Shown: positions 49,029-58,022, numbered from the stretch's first letter. The stretch: 64,000 nt of DNA from an uncultured SAR86 cluster bacterium (GCA_943846785.1 OX044367.1:132276-196275), one strand, 5' to 3'. Made by a program: numbers and translations. The notes: generated by a model from the sequence alone, not told the origin.

Positions 49029-50012
49029 ATGATTTCTGATTTACAAAAGCCAACCAATTCAGGGTTTGGACAAAAAACTGAGCCAAGTGAAATACTAAAT
49101 AATATTAATCTTGATAATAAAAATATAATTGTCACTGGAGGTTATTCTGGTATAGGCCTCGAAACAACTAAAGCCCTTAGGACTGCTGGAGCGCGATTAA
49201 TAATTCCAGCAAAAAGAAAAGATATTGCGCAAATAGAATTAAAAGATGTGGTCCCTGAAGAAGATATTTTTGAAATGGACCTTGCTGATCTTAATTCAGT
49301 AAAAAAGTTTACCGATTCATTCCATGAGCTAAATATTAATCTTGATATTTTGATTAATAATGCAGGGATAATGGCGTGTCCAGAAACTAGAGTCGGTAAT
49401 GAATGGGAGAGTCAATTTGCGGTTAATCATATTGGCCATCATCTTTTAACAAAAGAATTAATGGATAGTTTTAATGATAATGGAGAATCACGATTGGTGA
49501 GCTTATCTTCATCTGCACATTCTATCTCCAAGATTTTATGGAATGACATTAATTTTGAAAATACTGAATACAATAAATGGACTGCCTATGGGCAATCAAA
49601 AACAGCTTCATCACTATTGGCTATAGAGTTTGATAGAAAAATGAAAAACAGAGGGGTCAGAGGTTTTTCTGTTCATCCAGGAGGTATTATTACTCCTCTT
49701 CAAAGACATCTAGCAAATGAAGAAATGGTAGCTTTGGGGTGGAAGAAAGAAGATGGTTCTTTGTCTGATTTAGCTGCTAATTTTTTTAAAAGTCCAACTC
49801 AGGGAGCATCTACAACTCTTTGGTGTGCTACGAATCCTTTACTTAATAATATTGGTGCAGTATTTTGCGAAAATTGTGATGTTGCAGAACTAAAGAAAAA
49901 CTTAGACGAATCACAACATAGATTCTTTGGAGTTGCAGATTGGGCAATAGATAGTGAAGAGGCTATTAAATTGTGGGAAGTAACAGATAAAATGATATCC
50001 AGTTATTTTTAA
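49029..50012 (+). CDS. SDR oxidoreductase (retinol dehydrogenase/WWOX-like)
   Basis: Motifs VTGGYSGIGLET, NNAGIM and YGQSKTA (YxxxK) are present. Confidence 0.75.
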   Translation: MISDLQKPTNSGFGQKTEPSEILNNINLDNKNIIVTGGYSGIGLETTKALRTAGARLIIPAKRKDIAQIELKDVVPEEDIFEMDLADLNSVKKFTDSFHELNINLDILINNAGIMACPETRVGNEWESQFAVNHIGHHLLTKELMDSFNDNGESRLVSLSSSAHSISKILWNDINFENTEYNKWTAYGQSKTASSLLAIEFDRKMKNRGVRGFSVHPGGIITPLQRHLANEEMVALGWKKEDGSLSDLAANFFKSPTQGASTTLWCATNPLLNNIGAVFCENCDVAELKKNLDESQHRFFGVADWAIDSEEAIKLWEVTDKMISSYF

Positions 50013-50013
50013 T

Positions 50014-50748
50014 TTAAGTTTTATATCTTTCTTTTCGCCAAGAAAAAACTGAAAAAGGGATTGTTAATAAATAAATTAATGCCAACACATTAAGAGTGTG
50101 CCATGGCAGATTAATCATGCTTAGGACTAATATTGAAAATAGAATTAGAAAGGCAAATTTTGATCTTATAGGAAATCCTTTGCCTTTTAGCGAGAAAGTT
50201 GGAATCTTACTTACAAGCAAGCCACTTATTAAAATTATATAGCCTGCAACAAAATTTATATTTTCATAAGCCCACTCATAACCGATAAAAATATGAGTAA
50301 GCGGAAGCAATATTAAAATTGCGCCTGCTGGAGTAGGTATACCTGTAAAAAAATCTATTTCTTGAGTTTCATCGTATTTTGATTTTTCGTGCAAAACATT
50401 AAAAAGAGCCAACCTTATACAAGAAAATATAATAAAAATTAATGTGGCAAAAACTCCAATATTGCTATTTTCATAATAAAAAATGGCCATATAAATTAAA
50501 ATACCAGGTGCTACTCCAAAGCTAAGAAAGTCTGAAAGTGAATCAAGTTGGAAACCAAGATCTGACTCACTATCTAGATATCTTGCTAGCATTCCATCAA
50601 GCGCATCACATACTGCTGCAAATAGAATACAAATTACTGCTAAACTGAACTCTCCTTCGATAGCAAATCTGATAGAGCTTAATCCAAAGCTTAAACCTGA
50701 CAAAGTGATTAAATTTGGTATTAAGGATTTAAGATTCAATCTCTTCAT
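50014..50748 (-). CDS. pssA: CDP-diacylglycerol--serine O-phosphatidyltransferase (type II, CDP-alcohol phosphatidyltransferase family)
   Basis: The family motif DALDGMLARYLDSESDLGFQLDSLSD is present in a polytopic protein. The gene is coupled to psd by a 4-nt overlap. Confidence 0.85.
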   Translation of the reverse strand: MKRLNLKSLIPNLITLSGLSFGLSSIRFAIEGEFSLAVICILFAAVCDALDGMLARYLDSESDLGFQLDSLSDFLSFGVAPGILIYMAIFYYENSNIGVFATLIFIIFSCIRLALFNVLHEKSKYDETQEIDFFTGIPTPAGAILILLPLTHIFIGYEWAYENINFVAGYIILISGLLVSKIPTFSLKGKGFPIRSKFAFLILFSILVLSMINLPWHTLNVLALIYLLTIPFSVFSWRKERYKT

Positions 50749-51413
50749 ATGTTTTCAGCTAAAGTTGCCAAGAGGCTCTCACCAGCCACAACCTTATCAC
50801 CAACATTGCAATTTATTGAGGAGTTCTTTGGTAAGTAAATATCTACTCTAGACCCAAACCTGATTAACCCATATCTTTCACCCTGATCAAGATTTTCATT
50901 TTTTGATACAAAACTTAGAATCCTTCTAGCAATTAAACCAGCAATCTGAACAACTACTACCTCAATGCCTTTTTCATTAGAAATGATAATACTGCTTCTT
51001 TCATTTTTTTCGCTAGCCTTATCTAAGCTAGCATTAAAGAAACTTCCCTCTTTATAAACAATCTTTTTAATTGCTCCTGATATTGGGCTTCTATTAATAT
51101 GAACATTAAAAACATTCATGAAAACACATATTCGAAGCATTTCAGAGTCGATTCCAGTCTCTTCAGGGGGGCATGCTGTATCAATTAAACAAACTTTTCC
51201 ATCTGCAGAGCTAATAATTGAATTAGGAATTTTAGGGTTTGTTCTCTTTGGATTTCTAAAAAAACATAAAGTAAAAATAGTCAAAAAGAAACCAAGTACA
51301 GCTACGATTGGAAAAATAAAATATATTAAGCATGAAGCAATAAAAAAAATAAATGAAAATTTCCAGCCTTCTGGATGAATATAATACTTGCTGTTAGATT
51401 CCTTTTTTGTCAT
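50745..51413 (-). CDS. psd: Phosphatidylserine decarboxylase (short type)
   Basis: An N-terminal membrane anchor and the self-cleavage region RFGSRVDIYLP are present. Confidence 0.8.
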   Translation of the reverse strand: MTKKESNSKYYIHPEGWKFSFIFFIASCLIYFIFPIVAVLGFFLTIFTLCFFRNPKRTNPKIPNSIISSADGKVCLIDTACPPEETGIDSEMLRICVFMNVFNVHINRSPISGAIKKIVYKEGSFFNASLDKASEKNERSSIIISNEKGIEVVVVQIAGLIARRILSFVSKNENLDQGERYGLIRFGSRVDIYLPKNSSINCNVGDKVVAGESLLATLAENI

Positions 51414-51481
51414 TTTTGGCTTTCCAAGTTTGTAAGGCTTTTTATATTCAATAATTGAAGGTGATAAAGTATAGTTTAACT

Positions 51482-52750
51482 ATGAGCTTTTTCCAAAATA
51501 TGATTTCTTCAATTATGAAGAACGGTCTTAGCTTGGGTAGATTTCGTTCTCAGAACTTTGGCACCCTTCATAAAGACATTAATAAGGCAGCTGATTCGGT
51601 TATGTCTACAACCGGAGAAGTTTCATCGATTGTTTTTGCTGAACATCTTCTCGAGCTAATAAATGAACAAACTGACGAAGATCTACTTGTTTTCTTAAGT
51701 TATCTTTTAAAAGAATATGATATAGACACAGAATCTTTGTTAAAGAATATACAAGCATATCAGTCTGAGAGAAATCAAAATAACTTAACTCTTGTATCAA
51801 ACTCATCAGAACCAAAGTGGATTGAGTTATTCAGAAGGCTAAATGCCACTCCTGCTGGAACTCATAAACTTATTAAATTAAGAGAAAAAATTAAAGATCT
51901 TATGGCTGAAGGTAATTCAGGATTGGAGTCTTTTGATGAAGGTTTGCTTAAACTTTTTAAATACTGGTTCAATCCATCTTTTTTAGTCTTGGAAAAAATA
52001 GACTGGTCAACCCCAGCAAATGTTCTTGAGAAAATTATAGAATACGAAGCTGTTCATGAAATTAACTCTTGGGATGACTTAAGGGCCAGGTTAGCACCTA
52101 GCGACAGATATTGCTTTGCATTTTTTCACCCCTTGATACCAGAAGATCCTCTTATTTTTGTTGAGGTTGCGTTAACCAATAAAATACCTGAATCAATTGA
52201 AGAGGTAATAAAGATTGAAAGAGAAGAACTTGAATTTAATCAAATTAATACAGCTGTTTTTTATTCCATCTCTAACTGCCAAAATGGTCTATCAGGAATC
52301 TCCTTTGGAAACTTCTTAATTAAGAAGGTAGCTCATAAGCTTAAACAAGAGATTATAGGTTTGGATAATTTTGTAACCCTATCTCCAGTTCCTGGTCTTA
52401 TGAGATGGCTAGAAAATAATGCTCCATTAACCTATGAGAGATGCAAAGATAAGATAATTGATGATGAAGAGCTTAATCAAAAAGCTATTAACTATCTTAC
52501 AGAATCTACCAGAGAAGATGGGCTGCCAAATGACCCAGTAGCTAGATTTCATCTCGGCAATGGTGCCATACTTAAACATATTAACCTTAATGCGGATCAA
52601 TCTAGTAAAGGCTTAAGTCAATCAAATGGCATAATGGTCAACTATTTATATGATCTCGAGACTGTCGAACGAAACCATGAATTATTTTTTGAAACAAAAG
52701 AGGTTTTACTTTCGAATGAGATAAAATCTCTTAAAAAGAAATATAGCTAA
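51482..52750 (+). CDS. Malonyl-CoA decarboxylase
   Basis: The MCD-family core FYSISNCQNGLSGISFGNFLIKKV and ARFHLGNGA are present. The ATG at 51482 is preferred over the ORF-track TTG at 51455. Confidence 0.75.
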   Translation: MSFFQNMISSIMKNGLSLGRFRSQNFGTLHKDINKAADSVMSTTGEVSSIVFAEHLLELINEQTDEDLLVFLSYLLKEYDIDTESLLKNIQAYQSERNQNNLTLVSNSSEPKWIELFRRLNATPAGTHKLIKLREKIKDLMAEGNSGLESFDEGLLKLFKYWFNPSFLVLEKIDWSTPANVLEKIIEYEAVHEINSWDDLRARLAPSDRYCFAFFHPLIPEDPLIFVEVALTNKIPESIEEVIKIEREELEFNQINTAVFYSISNCQNGLSGISFGNFLIKKVAHKLKQEIIGLDNFVTLSPVPGLMRWLENNAPLTYERCKDKIIDDEELNQKAINYLTESTREDGLPNDPVARFHLGNGAILKHINLNADQSSKGLSQSNGIMVNYLYDLETVERNHELFFETKEVLLSNEIKSLKKKYS

Positions 52751-52755
52751 TTTAC

Positions 52756-53715
52756 ATGGATCAATTTTTAACTTTATACCCATCATGTGAGCCATTTGAT
52801 CATGGATTCATTGAAAGAGATGGTCATCAAATATACTACGAGCAATGCGGCAACCCTGCAGGAAAGCCAGCAGTTTTTCTTCATGGCGGTCCTGGTGGTG
52901 GAGGTAGTACTCAAGTAAGAAGATTTTTTAATCCAGAAATATATCGCATTGTAATTTTTGACCAAAGAGGTTGTGGAAGAAGTACTCCTCATGGACTCCT
53001 AGAAAATAATACTACTTGGGATTTAGTTAAAGATATTGAAGAGCTAAAAAAAATGCTAAAAATTTCAAAATGGTTAGTATTTGGAGGATCATGGGGTAGT
53101 ACCTTGTCCCTTGCATATTCTCAAACTTACCCAAATTCTGTGAGTGAAATGGTGCTTAGAGGAATTTTTATGCTAAGAGAGAAAGAGCTTAGCTGGTTTT
53201 ATCAGTATGGTGCTAGTAATATTTATCCTGAAGCATGGCAATATTTCCTTGAGCCAATTCAGGAAGAAGATCGAGGAGATCTAATATCTGCTTATCATAA
53301 AATTTTTAATGGCGTTGACGAAGATAAAAAATTAAAAGCAGCTATAGCCTGGTCAAGGTGGGAGGGTTCTACAAGCAGCTTGGCTTATAAACCTGAAATG
53401 GCGGACAGCTTTTCAGATCCCAAATTTGCTCTTGCATTTGCTCTTATTGAAAACCACTACTTTGTTAACAAGGGATTTCTTGAACATGAGAATCAATTAA
53501 TAGAATCAGGTATAGATACTATCCGTTCAATTCCCACGATCATTGTTCAAGGAAGATATGACATGGTTTGCCCTATGACTACTGCATGGGAGTTATCACA
53601 AAATTGGCCTGAGGCAAAACTTGTTGTTGCCCCCTCCTCTGGTCATACTGCTTTTGAAAAAGAGATTACACACGAATTAATTAAAGCAACAGATTTGTTT
53701 GGTTTGAATGTTTAA
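52756..53715 (+). CDS. pip: Proline iminopeptidase
   Basis: Motifs HGGPGGG and the nucleophile elbow GGSWGSTL are present, with a C-terminal SGHTAFE. Confidence 0.85.
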   Translation: MDQFLTLYPSCEPFDHGFIERDGHQIYYEQCGNPAGKPAVFLHGGPGGGGSTQVRRFFNPEIYRIVIFDQRGCGRSTPHGLLENNTTWDLVKDIEELKKMLKISKWLVFGGSWGSTLSLAYSQTYPNSVSEMVLRGIFMLREKELSWFYQYGASNIYPEAWQYFLEPIQEEDRGDLISAYHKIFNGVDEDKKLKAAIAWSRWEGSTSSLAYKPEMADSFSDPKFALAFALIENHYFVNKGFLEHENQLIESGIDTIRSIPTIIVQGRYDMVCPMTTAWELSQNWPEAKLVVAPSSGHTAFEKEITHELIKATDLFGLNV

Positions 53716-54205
53716 AAATATTTCATTTATAGGCATGGCTGGTTGTGGGAAGTCTACTATTGGTAAAGCTTTATCTATTGAATTTTCTATCAAATATGCT
53801 GATACAGACCTATTAATTGAAAATGAATTTAATAAATCGCTTGAAGATATTAAGCAAAACAAAGGATATAAATTTGTAAGAATGGCAGAGGAGAAAGCAA
53901 TCCTTAATTTAAATAAGGATTTCAGAATAATTTCTACCGGTGGAAGCGCTGTTTATTCTAAAACTGCCATGAGTCATCTTCAGTCTTTCACAAAAATAAT
54001 ATACATATCAACTCCCCTTAATATTATTAAAGAAAGAATAGGAAATGGGCAAGAAAGAGGGTTTGCTGTTCCCGATGGAATGAGTATTGAAGATGTTTTC
54101 TATGAGAGAGAACCCCTTTATAACAAATGGGCTGACAAGACAGTTGATGGGAGTCTTTCGGTTGATCAACTGGTACAAATAATATCTAAATTTAAAAATG
54201 ATTAA
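53708..54205 (+). CDS. Shikimate-kinase-family P-loop kinase
   Basis: Motifs GMAGCGKSTIGKAL, DTDLLIE and STGGSAV are present. There is an 8-nt overlap with pip. Whether this is the housekeeping aroK cannot be decided from this window. Confidence 0.6.
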   Translation: MFKNISFIGMAGCGKSTIGKALSIEFSIKYADTDLLIENEFNKSLEDIKQNKGYKFVRMAEEKAILNLNKDFRIISTGGSAVYSKTAMSHLQSFTKIIYISTPLNIIKERIGNGQERGFAVPDGMSIEDVFYEREPLYNKWADKTVDGSLSVDQLVQIISKFKND

Positions 54206-54872
54206 CCCTAAAGTTTTAATAATTGGTGCTAGTGGGCTCGTTGGTGGAGAAATTCTAAAAACTATTGAGGATATGGACCAAGAAATAGTTGCTCTCTCAA
54301 GAAAAGAGCTGATAGCAAAAAACCAAGATACCAAAGAGATTATTATTAATTTTGATGATCTCCAGCTTTCGGATATTCCTAAAGTCGATCATGTTTATAT
54401 TGCTCTTGGGACAGAATTAGACACTTCAGAGCTTATATATATAAAAAAACATAGAAGAAAGGAATTCAGAAAGGTTGATTATGAGTACGTTACAAAAATA
54501 GCCAAAATGGCTCATGGAAAAGGAGCAAAATCCATTTCCATAGTATCTGCTGTAGGTGCTAATAAAAGTTCTAGGAACCTTTATTTACAAACAAAGGGAG
54601 AAATGGAAGAGAAGATAATTTCAATTGGTTATAACAAAATAGTCTTTGCACAACCTGGGCACTTGTTAGGAAAAAGGCCTTTAAAAAAGATCAGACCTGA
54701 GGTACCAATAATGGAGTTTGGAGCAAGAATACTAAAACCACTAATGATTGGACCATTAGAAGATTTAAAATTTATTGAAGCATCTCTTGTTGCAAAGTCT
54801 ATGATTAAACACATGAACAGACCAACTGATAAAATTGTCAGGCTCAAATATAAAGAACTTGTTGATATCTAA
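54198..54872 (+). CDS. NAD(P)H-binding atypical SDR (HTATIP2/YraR-like)
   Basis: The N-terminus VLIIGASGLVGGEIL is present in a 224-aa protein. There is an 8-nt overlap with the upstream kinase gene. Confidence 0.6.
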   Translation: MINPKVLIIGASGLVGGEILKTIEDMDQEIVALSRKELIAKNQDTKEIIINFDDLQLSDIPKVDHVYIALGTELDTSELIYIKKHRRKEFRKVDYEYVTKIAKMAHGKGAKSISIVSAVGANKSSRNLYLQTKGEMEEKIISIGYNKIVFAQPGHLLGKRPLKKIRPEVPIMEFGARILKPLMIGPLEDLKFIEASLVAKSMIKHMNRPTDKIVRLKYKELVDI

Positions 54873-55132
54873 TATAAATGCTTATTGGAGCGAACCATTT
54901 TTCTGATTGCATAAGTTGAATTAAGAAACCAAAACACAGATGCAAAAAAGAAATAATATAAACCAGCATTAAATTGAACAATCATTGCCAATATGCTTCC
55001 TGCTGAGATAGCATAAAAACCCAAGAGTCTTTTATTATATTTTTTTGAAGCAATAAGAGGTGCGGCTACTAAAGTACCGAAAAAAACACTAATTATCTGA
55101 ATTAATTCAAAGATAGTCATACTGATAAACAC
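54869..55132 (-). CDS. Small three-TM membrane protein, unknown function
   Basis: This is an 87-aa protein with three hydrophobic helices and a basic loop (ASKKYNKR). The size and topology class match SemiSWEET/PnuC-type three-helix bundles, but no diagnostic motif was recognised. Confidence 0.45.
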   Translation of the reverse strand: MFISMTIFELIQIISVFFGTLVAAPLIASKKYNKRLLGFYAISAGSILAMIVQFNAGLYYFFFASVFWFLNSTYAIRKMVRSNKHLY

Positions 55133-55259
55133 AAGGGATTGTGCCTATGAGTATAAATATCGGAGCATTATGAATATCTTTTATATAAAGTAAAGCAAAA
55201 GTTGAACTTTTTTATAAAAAATATAGTCTTATGATTACAAACAATATTAGGTACATAAC

Positions 55260-55832
55260 ATGAAAGTAATTATAACTTTAACCCTTCTTATTTCACTTCC
55301 ATCATTTGCCACAGATCACAATCATGAAAAGACTGTTTCTGACGGAAGTACCATCGAAATCAAACTTGATGAGAATATGGAAATGTTAGATAAAAGAGCT
55401 ATCGTAATAAAGCTTGATGAGAATATGGAAATGTCTGGTGATGGAACTAGCGTATTCATACTTGATGAAAATATGCAGATGCCTGATGGAAGTACCATCG
55501 AAATCAAACTTGATGAAAATATGGGAATGTTAGGAAAAGCTAAAGAAAAAATAATCAATAACCAAAACTACCTTATGAATCGAGAAGAATGTAAAGAAGT
55601 AAAAGATGGAGTCGCGGGGCTTTTATCAATGAGTGATGGCATATGGAAAGAAATTGAAAAAAATCCAGCGGACAAAGAAAAGTGGGCCGAGGTTATAGCT
55701 TTATCTAGCCTGGCCTCAAATTACTCGAATATTTATGATGTTTGGTGCAAAAGTTTGGCTCATCATGGAATGAAAAAAATGAAAATAAAAGCCAAAAAAT
55801 ATCAAAAAAACCACAAAGATAAGAAGGATTAA
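55260..55832 (+). CDS. Secreted protein with four Met-rich 16-aa tandem repeats plus a helical C-domain
   Basis: The signal peptide is MKVIITLTLLISLPSFA|TD. The repeats are DGSTIEIKLDENMEML / DKRAIVIKLDENMEMS / GDGTSVFILDENMQMP / DGSTIEIKLDENMGML. The C-domain has two Cys, an HH motif and a lysine-rich tail. Confidence 0.7.
   Translation: MKVIITLTLLISLPSFATDHNHEKTVSDGSTIEIKLDENMEMLDKRAIVIKLDENMEMSGDGTSVFILDENMQMPDGSTIEIKLDENMGMLGKAKEKIINNQNYLMNREECKEVKDGVAGLLSMSDGIWKEIEKNPADKEKWAEVIALSSLASNYSNIYDVWCKSLAHHGMKKMKIKAKKYQKNHKDKKD
55341..55532 (+). repeat. 4 x 48-nt in-frame tandem repeat inside the CDS
   Basis: The core CTTGATGA(G/A)AATATG recurs at 55365, 55413, 55461 and 55509, exactly 48 nt apart. 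Units 1 and 4 differ at only 3 of about 49 nt. Confidence 0.9.
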
Positions 55833-56057
55833 CTAAAACTTACCCCTTTGAAAACGCATTCTTATAGAGTAAACCCTTATAAGAGCTACAAAAGTTAAGA
55901 TTGATTGGGTAAAGATAGAAATAGTTATTGGGTTTGACCAGCTCCAGTTATCAATAGTTAGCCATAATAAAAACGTTTGGAGTGGGAAATTTATGACTGC
56001 ACCCATTAGTACAACAATTATAGCCTCTCTAAATGCAACTTTTTCTGTCTTATTCAT
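55833..56057 (-). CDS. Small two-TM membrane protein, unknown function
   Basis: This is a 74-aa protein with two hydrophobic helices and a basic C-terminus (RMRFQRGKF). It lies 12 nt downstream of ybjQ on the same strand. Confidence 0.45.
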   Translation of the reverse strand: MNKTEKVAFREAIIVVLMGAVINFPLQTFLLWLTIDNWSWSNPITISIFTQSILTFVALIRVYSIRMRFQRGKF

Positions 56058-56069
56058 AATTTTTTCCTT

Positions 56070-56417
56070 TTATATTTTTACACCAGTGCCATATGCAAGT
56101 ATTTCTGATGCTCCTTGAGTAATGGTGGAAGTTTGAAACCTAAAACAAACTATGGCATTGGCTCCTTTTGCTTTGGCGTCTTCTATCATCCTAGAATAAG
56201 CCTGCTCTCTTGAGGATGCCAGTAGTTTTGAATAGCCAACAAGCTCTCCTCCAACTATATTTTTGAGACCAGCAAATATATCAGACCCTACATTACGAGA
56301 CCTAACAGTACTACCTTGAACAATTCCAATGTGCTCCTTTATATTTACACCAGCTATATCGTTTGCAGAAACAACTATAAGATCATCGTTTCTAGTAAGA
56401 ATTCTATTATTTTCCAT
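56070..56417 (-). CDS. ybjQ: YbjQ/UPF0145 family protein
   Basis: IFAGLKNIVGGELVGYSKLLASSREQAYSRMIEDAKAKGANAIV aligns well with E. coli YbjQ as I recall it. Confidence 0.8.
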   Translation of the reverse strand: MENNRILTRNDDLIVVSANDIAGVNIKEHIGIVQGSTVRSRNVGSDIFAGLKNIVGGELVGYSKLLASSREQAYSRMIEDAKAKGANAIVCFRFQTSTITQGASEILAYGTGVKI

Positions 56418-56453
56418 GAAATATATTTAAAAATGATTTAAGTTATCAATATA

Positions 56454-56786
56454 ATGCAGAAGTTAATAGAAGCAAAGTTTTCTATAGGAAATATAGTTAA
56501 ACATAAGTACCTAAATTTTAGAGGCGTAATTTTTGACTTAGATCCGGAGTTCAGTAATTCTGAGGAGTGGTATAACTCAATACCAGAGAAAATTAGACCA
56601 AGGAAAAATCAACCTTTCTATCATTTATTTGCAGAAAACGAAGATATTTTTTATTTAGCATATGTGTCTGAACAAAACTTAGTTATTGATGAATCTAACG
56701 GTCCGTGCAACCATCCAGACATTAAAAAAATGTTTTCTGATTTCAATGGCGAAATTTATTTGCCACATAAGAGATCAAAGAATTAA
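56454..56786 (+). CDS. hspQ: Heat-shock protein HspQ (YccV, hemimethylated-DNA-binding domain)
   Basis: AKFSIGNIVKHKYLNFRGVIFDLDPEF and PFYHLFAEN match the HspQ pattern. Confidence 0.8.
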   Translation: MQKLIEAKFSIGNIVKHKYLNFRGVIFDLDPEFSNSEEWYNSIPEKIRPRKNQPFYHLFAENEDIFYLAYVSEQNLVIDESNGPCNHPDIKKMFSDFNGEIYLPHKRSKN

Positions 56787-57991
56787 CCGATGGCTTCAGC
56801 GTGAGCAATTTGAATTGCTGTTACAAAGACATCCATAGCTTCCTTAAGCTCGTTATGATCAACGAAAGTTGGTGCCAGCCTAAGTACATTATCATTGGGG
56901 TCAATGCCATAAGGGAATGTAGCTCCTGCAGGAGTTATTAAAACCCCAGCTTCCTTGCATAACTCTACTATTCTTGACGCTATAGGCTGTATTGATATAA
57001 AAGTAATAAAGTAACCACCAGTAGGTTTAGAATAAGTCCCAATATCATTAGTTAATATATCCAGCGCTTTATAAGCTATTTCAAATTGTGGCCTGATTAA
57101 ATCAGCATGTTTTTCCATGTGCTTTTTAATATCATCAGCATTTTTGAAAAACTGAGTATGTCTTTTTTGATTAATCTTATCGGGGCATATTACCATTGAG
57201 GCTCTTATCCTTTTAATCAGAGAAAGATTTTTACCGCCTGCTGCCATGAATGAAAGACCGCCACCACCAAAGGTTACTTTTGAGAAAGATGTGACTTCGA
57301 CAACCATATCGACAACATCCTCTTCCTGAGCTATTACTGAAATAGGTTTTTGATTTTTTGTTGGTAAAAAATCATGGACTAGATATGCATTATCAAAAAC
57401 GAATAAAAAATTATCAGAATAATTCTTACAGATATTAAATATTTCTTTAAGGTTGCTATCAGAATATACCTCTCCTGATGGATTTGAATGTCTTGGAACG
57501 CAAAGCAAGCCCATGACATTTTCATTGCTTTCCAAGAGCAGCTTCAATGAATCAAGATCCACGCCATCTTCAATTATTGGAACAGTTAGCATTTCAATGC
57601 CAAAATCTTCTAACATTCTAAAGTGTCTATCAAAGCCAGGTACTGGGCAAATTACTTTAGGATTCTCTAAATCTTTCCATGCAATATTATTACCAAACAG
57701 ATAGTGAGCAAGGATCATTTGATAGGTAAGCAAAAGACTAGACTGCTCTCCTGTAATAATATTTTCATAAGGAGCTGACAACAAATCAGAGCCAAGTCTT
57801 CTTGCATCTTCTATGCCTAAGGGCTCACCATAATTCCTTAGGTCAATTGAGCCACTTAAAGGATTTACATCCATAGTTAATAATTCATTTGAAAGGTCTA
57901 GCTGAGATGCATGAGGTTTGCCTCGAGTAATATCTATATCTAGTTTTTTATTTTTTAAATCATTGAATTTTGTTACTATTTCATTATCCAT
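56783..57991 (-). CDS. PLP-dependent aminotransferase (fold type I; PF12897-like putative aspartate aminotransferase)
   Basis: The N-terminus LDIDITRGKPHASQLDLSNELL and the PLP-lysine context TSFSKVTFGGGG are present. Confidence 0.7.
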   Translation of the reverse strand: MDNEIVTKFNDLKNKKLDIDITRGKPHASQLDLSNELLTMDVNPLSGSIDLRNYGEPLGIEDARRLGSDLLSAPYENIITGEQSSLLLTYQMILAHYLFGNNIAWKDLENPKVICPVPGFDRHFRMLEDFGIEMLTVPIIEDGVDLDSLKLLLESNENVMGLLCVPRHSNPSGEVYSDSNLKEIFNICKNYSDNFLFVFDNAYLVHDFLPTKNQKPISVIAQEEDVVDMVVEVTSFSKVTFGGGGLSFMAAGGKNLSLIKRIRASMVICPDKINQKRHTQFFKNADDIKKHMEKHADLIRPQFEIAYKALDILTNDIGTYSKPTGGYFITFISIQPIASRIVELCKEAGVLITPAGATFPYGIDPNDNVLRLAPTFVDHNELKEAMDVFVTAIQIAHAEAIG

Positions 57992-58022
57992 ATTTAGATT
58001 ATTTTATAGGAGAAGTCCGTCA

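Noticed and set aside
46233-55200. A genomic island integrated at tRNA-Phe, since accessory-looking genes follow the tRNA.
   Set aside because: No integrase, transposase or phage gene is present. I could not find a direct repeat of the tRNA 3' end downstream, and composition looks the same as the flanks by eye. A whole-window repeat search would be needed to exclude it fully.
55341-55532. Regularly spaced repeats considered as a mini-CRISPR array or a DGR variable/template pair.
   Set aside because: The period is 48 nt with no unique spacers. The repeats are in frame inside a CDS. No cas genes or reverse transcriptase are present in the window.
55322-55558. A 78-aa ORF antisense to the repeat-protein gene, itself repetitive (..IFSSSLISMVLPS..).
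   Set aside because: It is the mirror image of the in-frame 48-nt repeat. It has no start context or signal of its own, while the sense frame has a signal peptide and continues into a non-repeat domain.
57918-58022. The ORF-track upstream start of rmuC, overlapping the aminotransferase gene by 74 nt.
   Set aside because: The extension has no RmuC-like sequence. The ATG at 58023 starts exactly at the expected N-terminal transmembrane helix.
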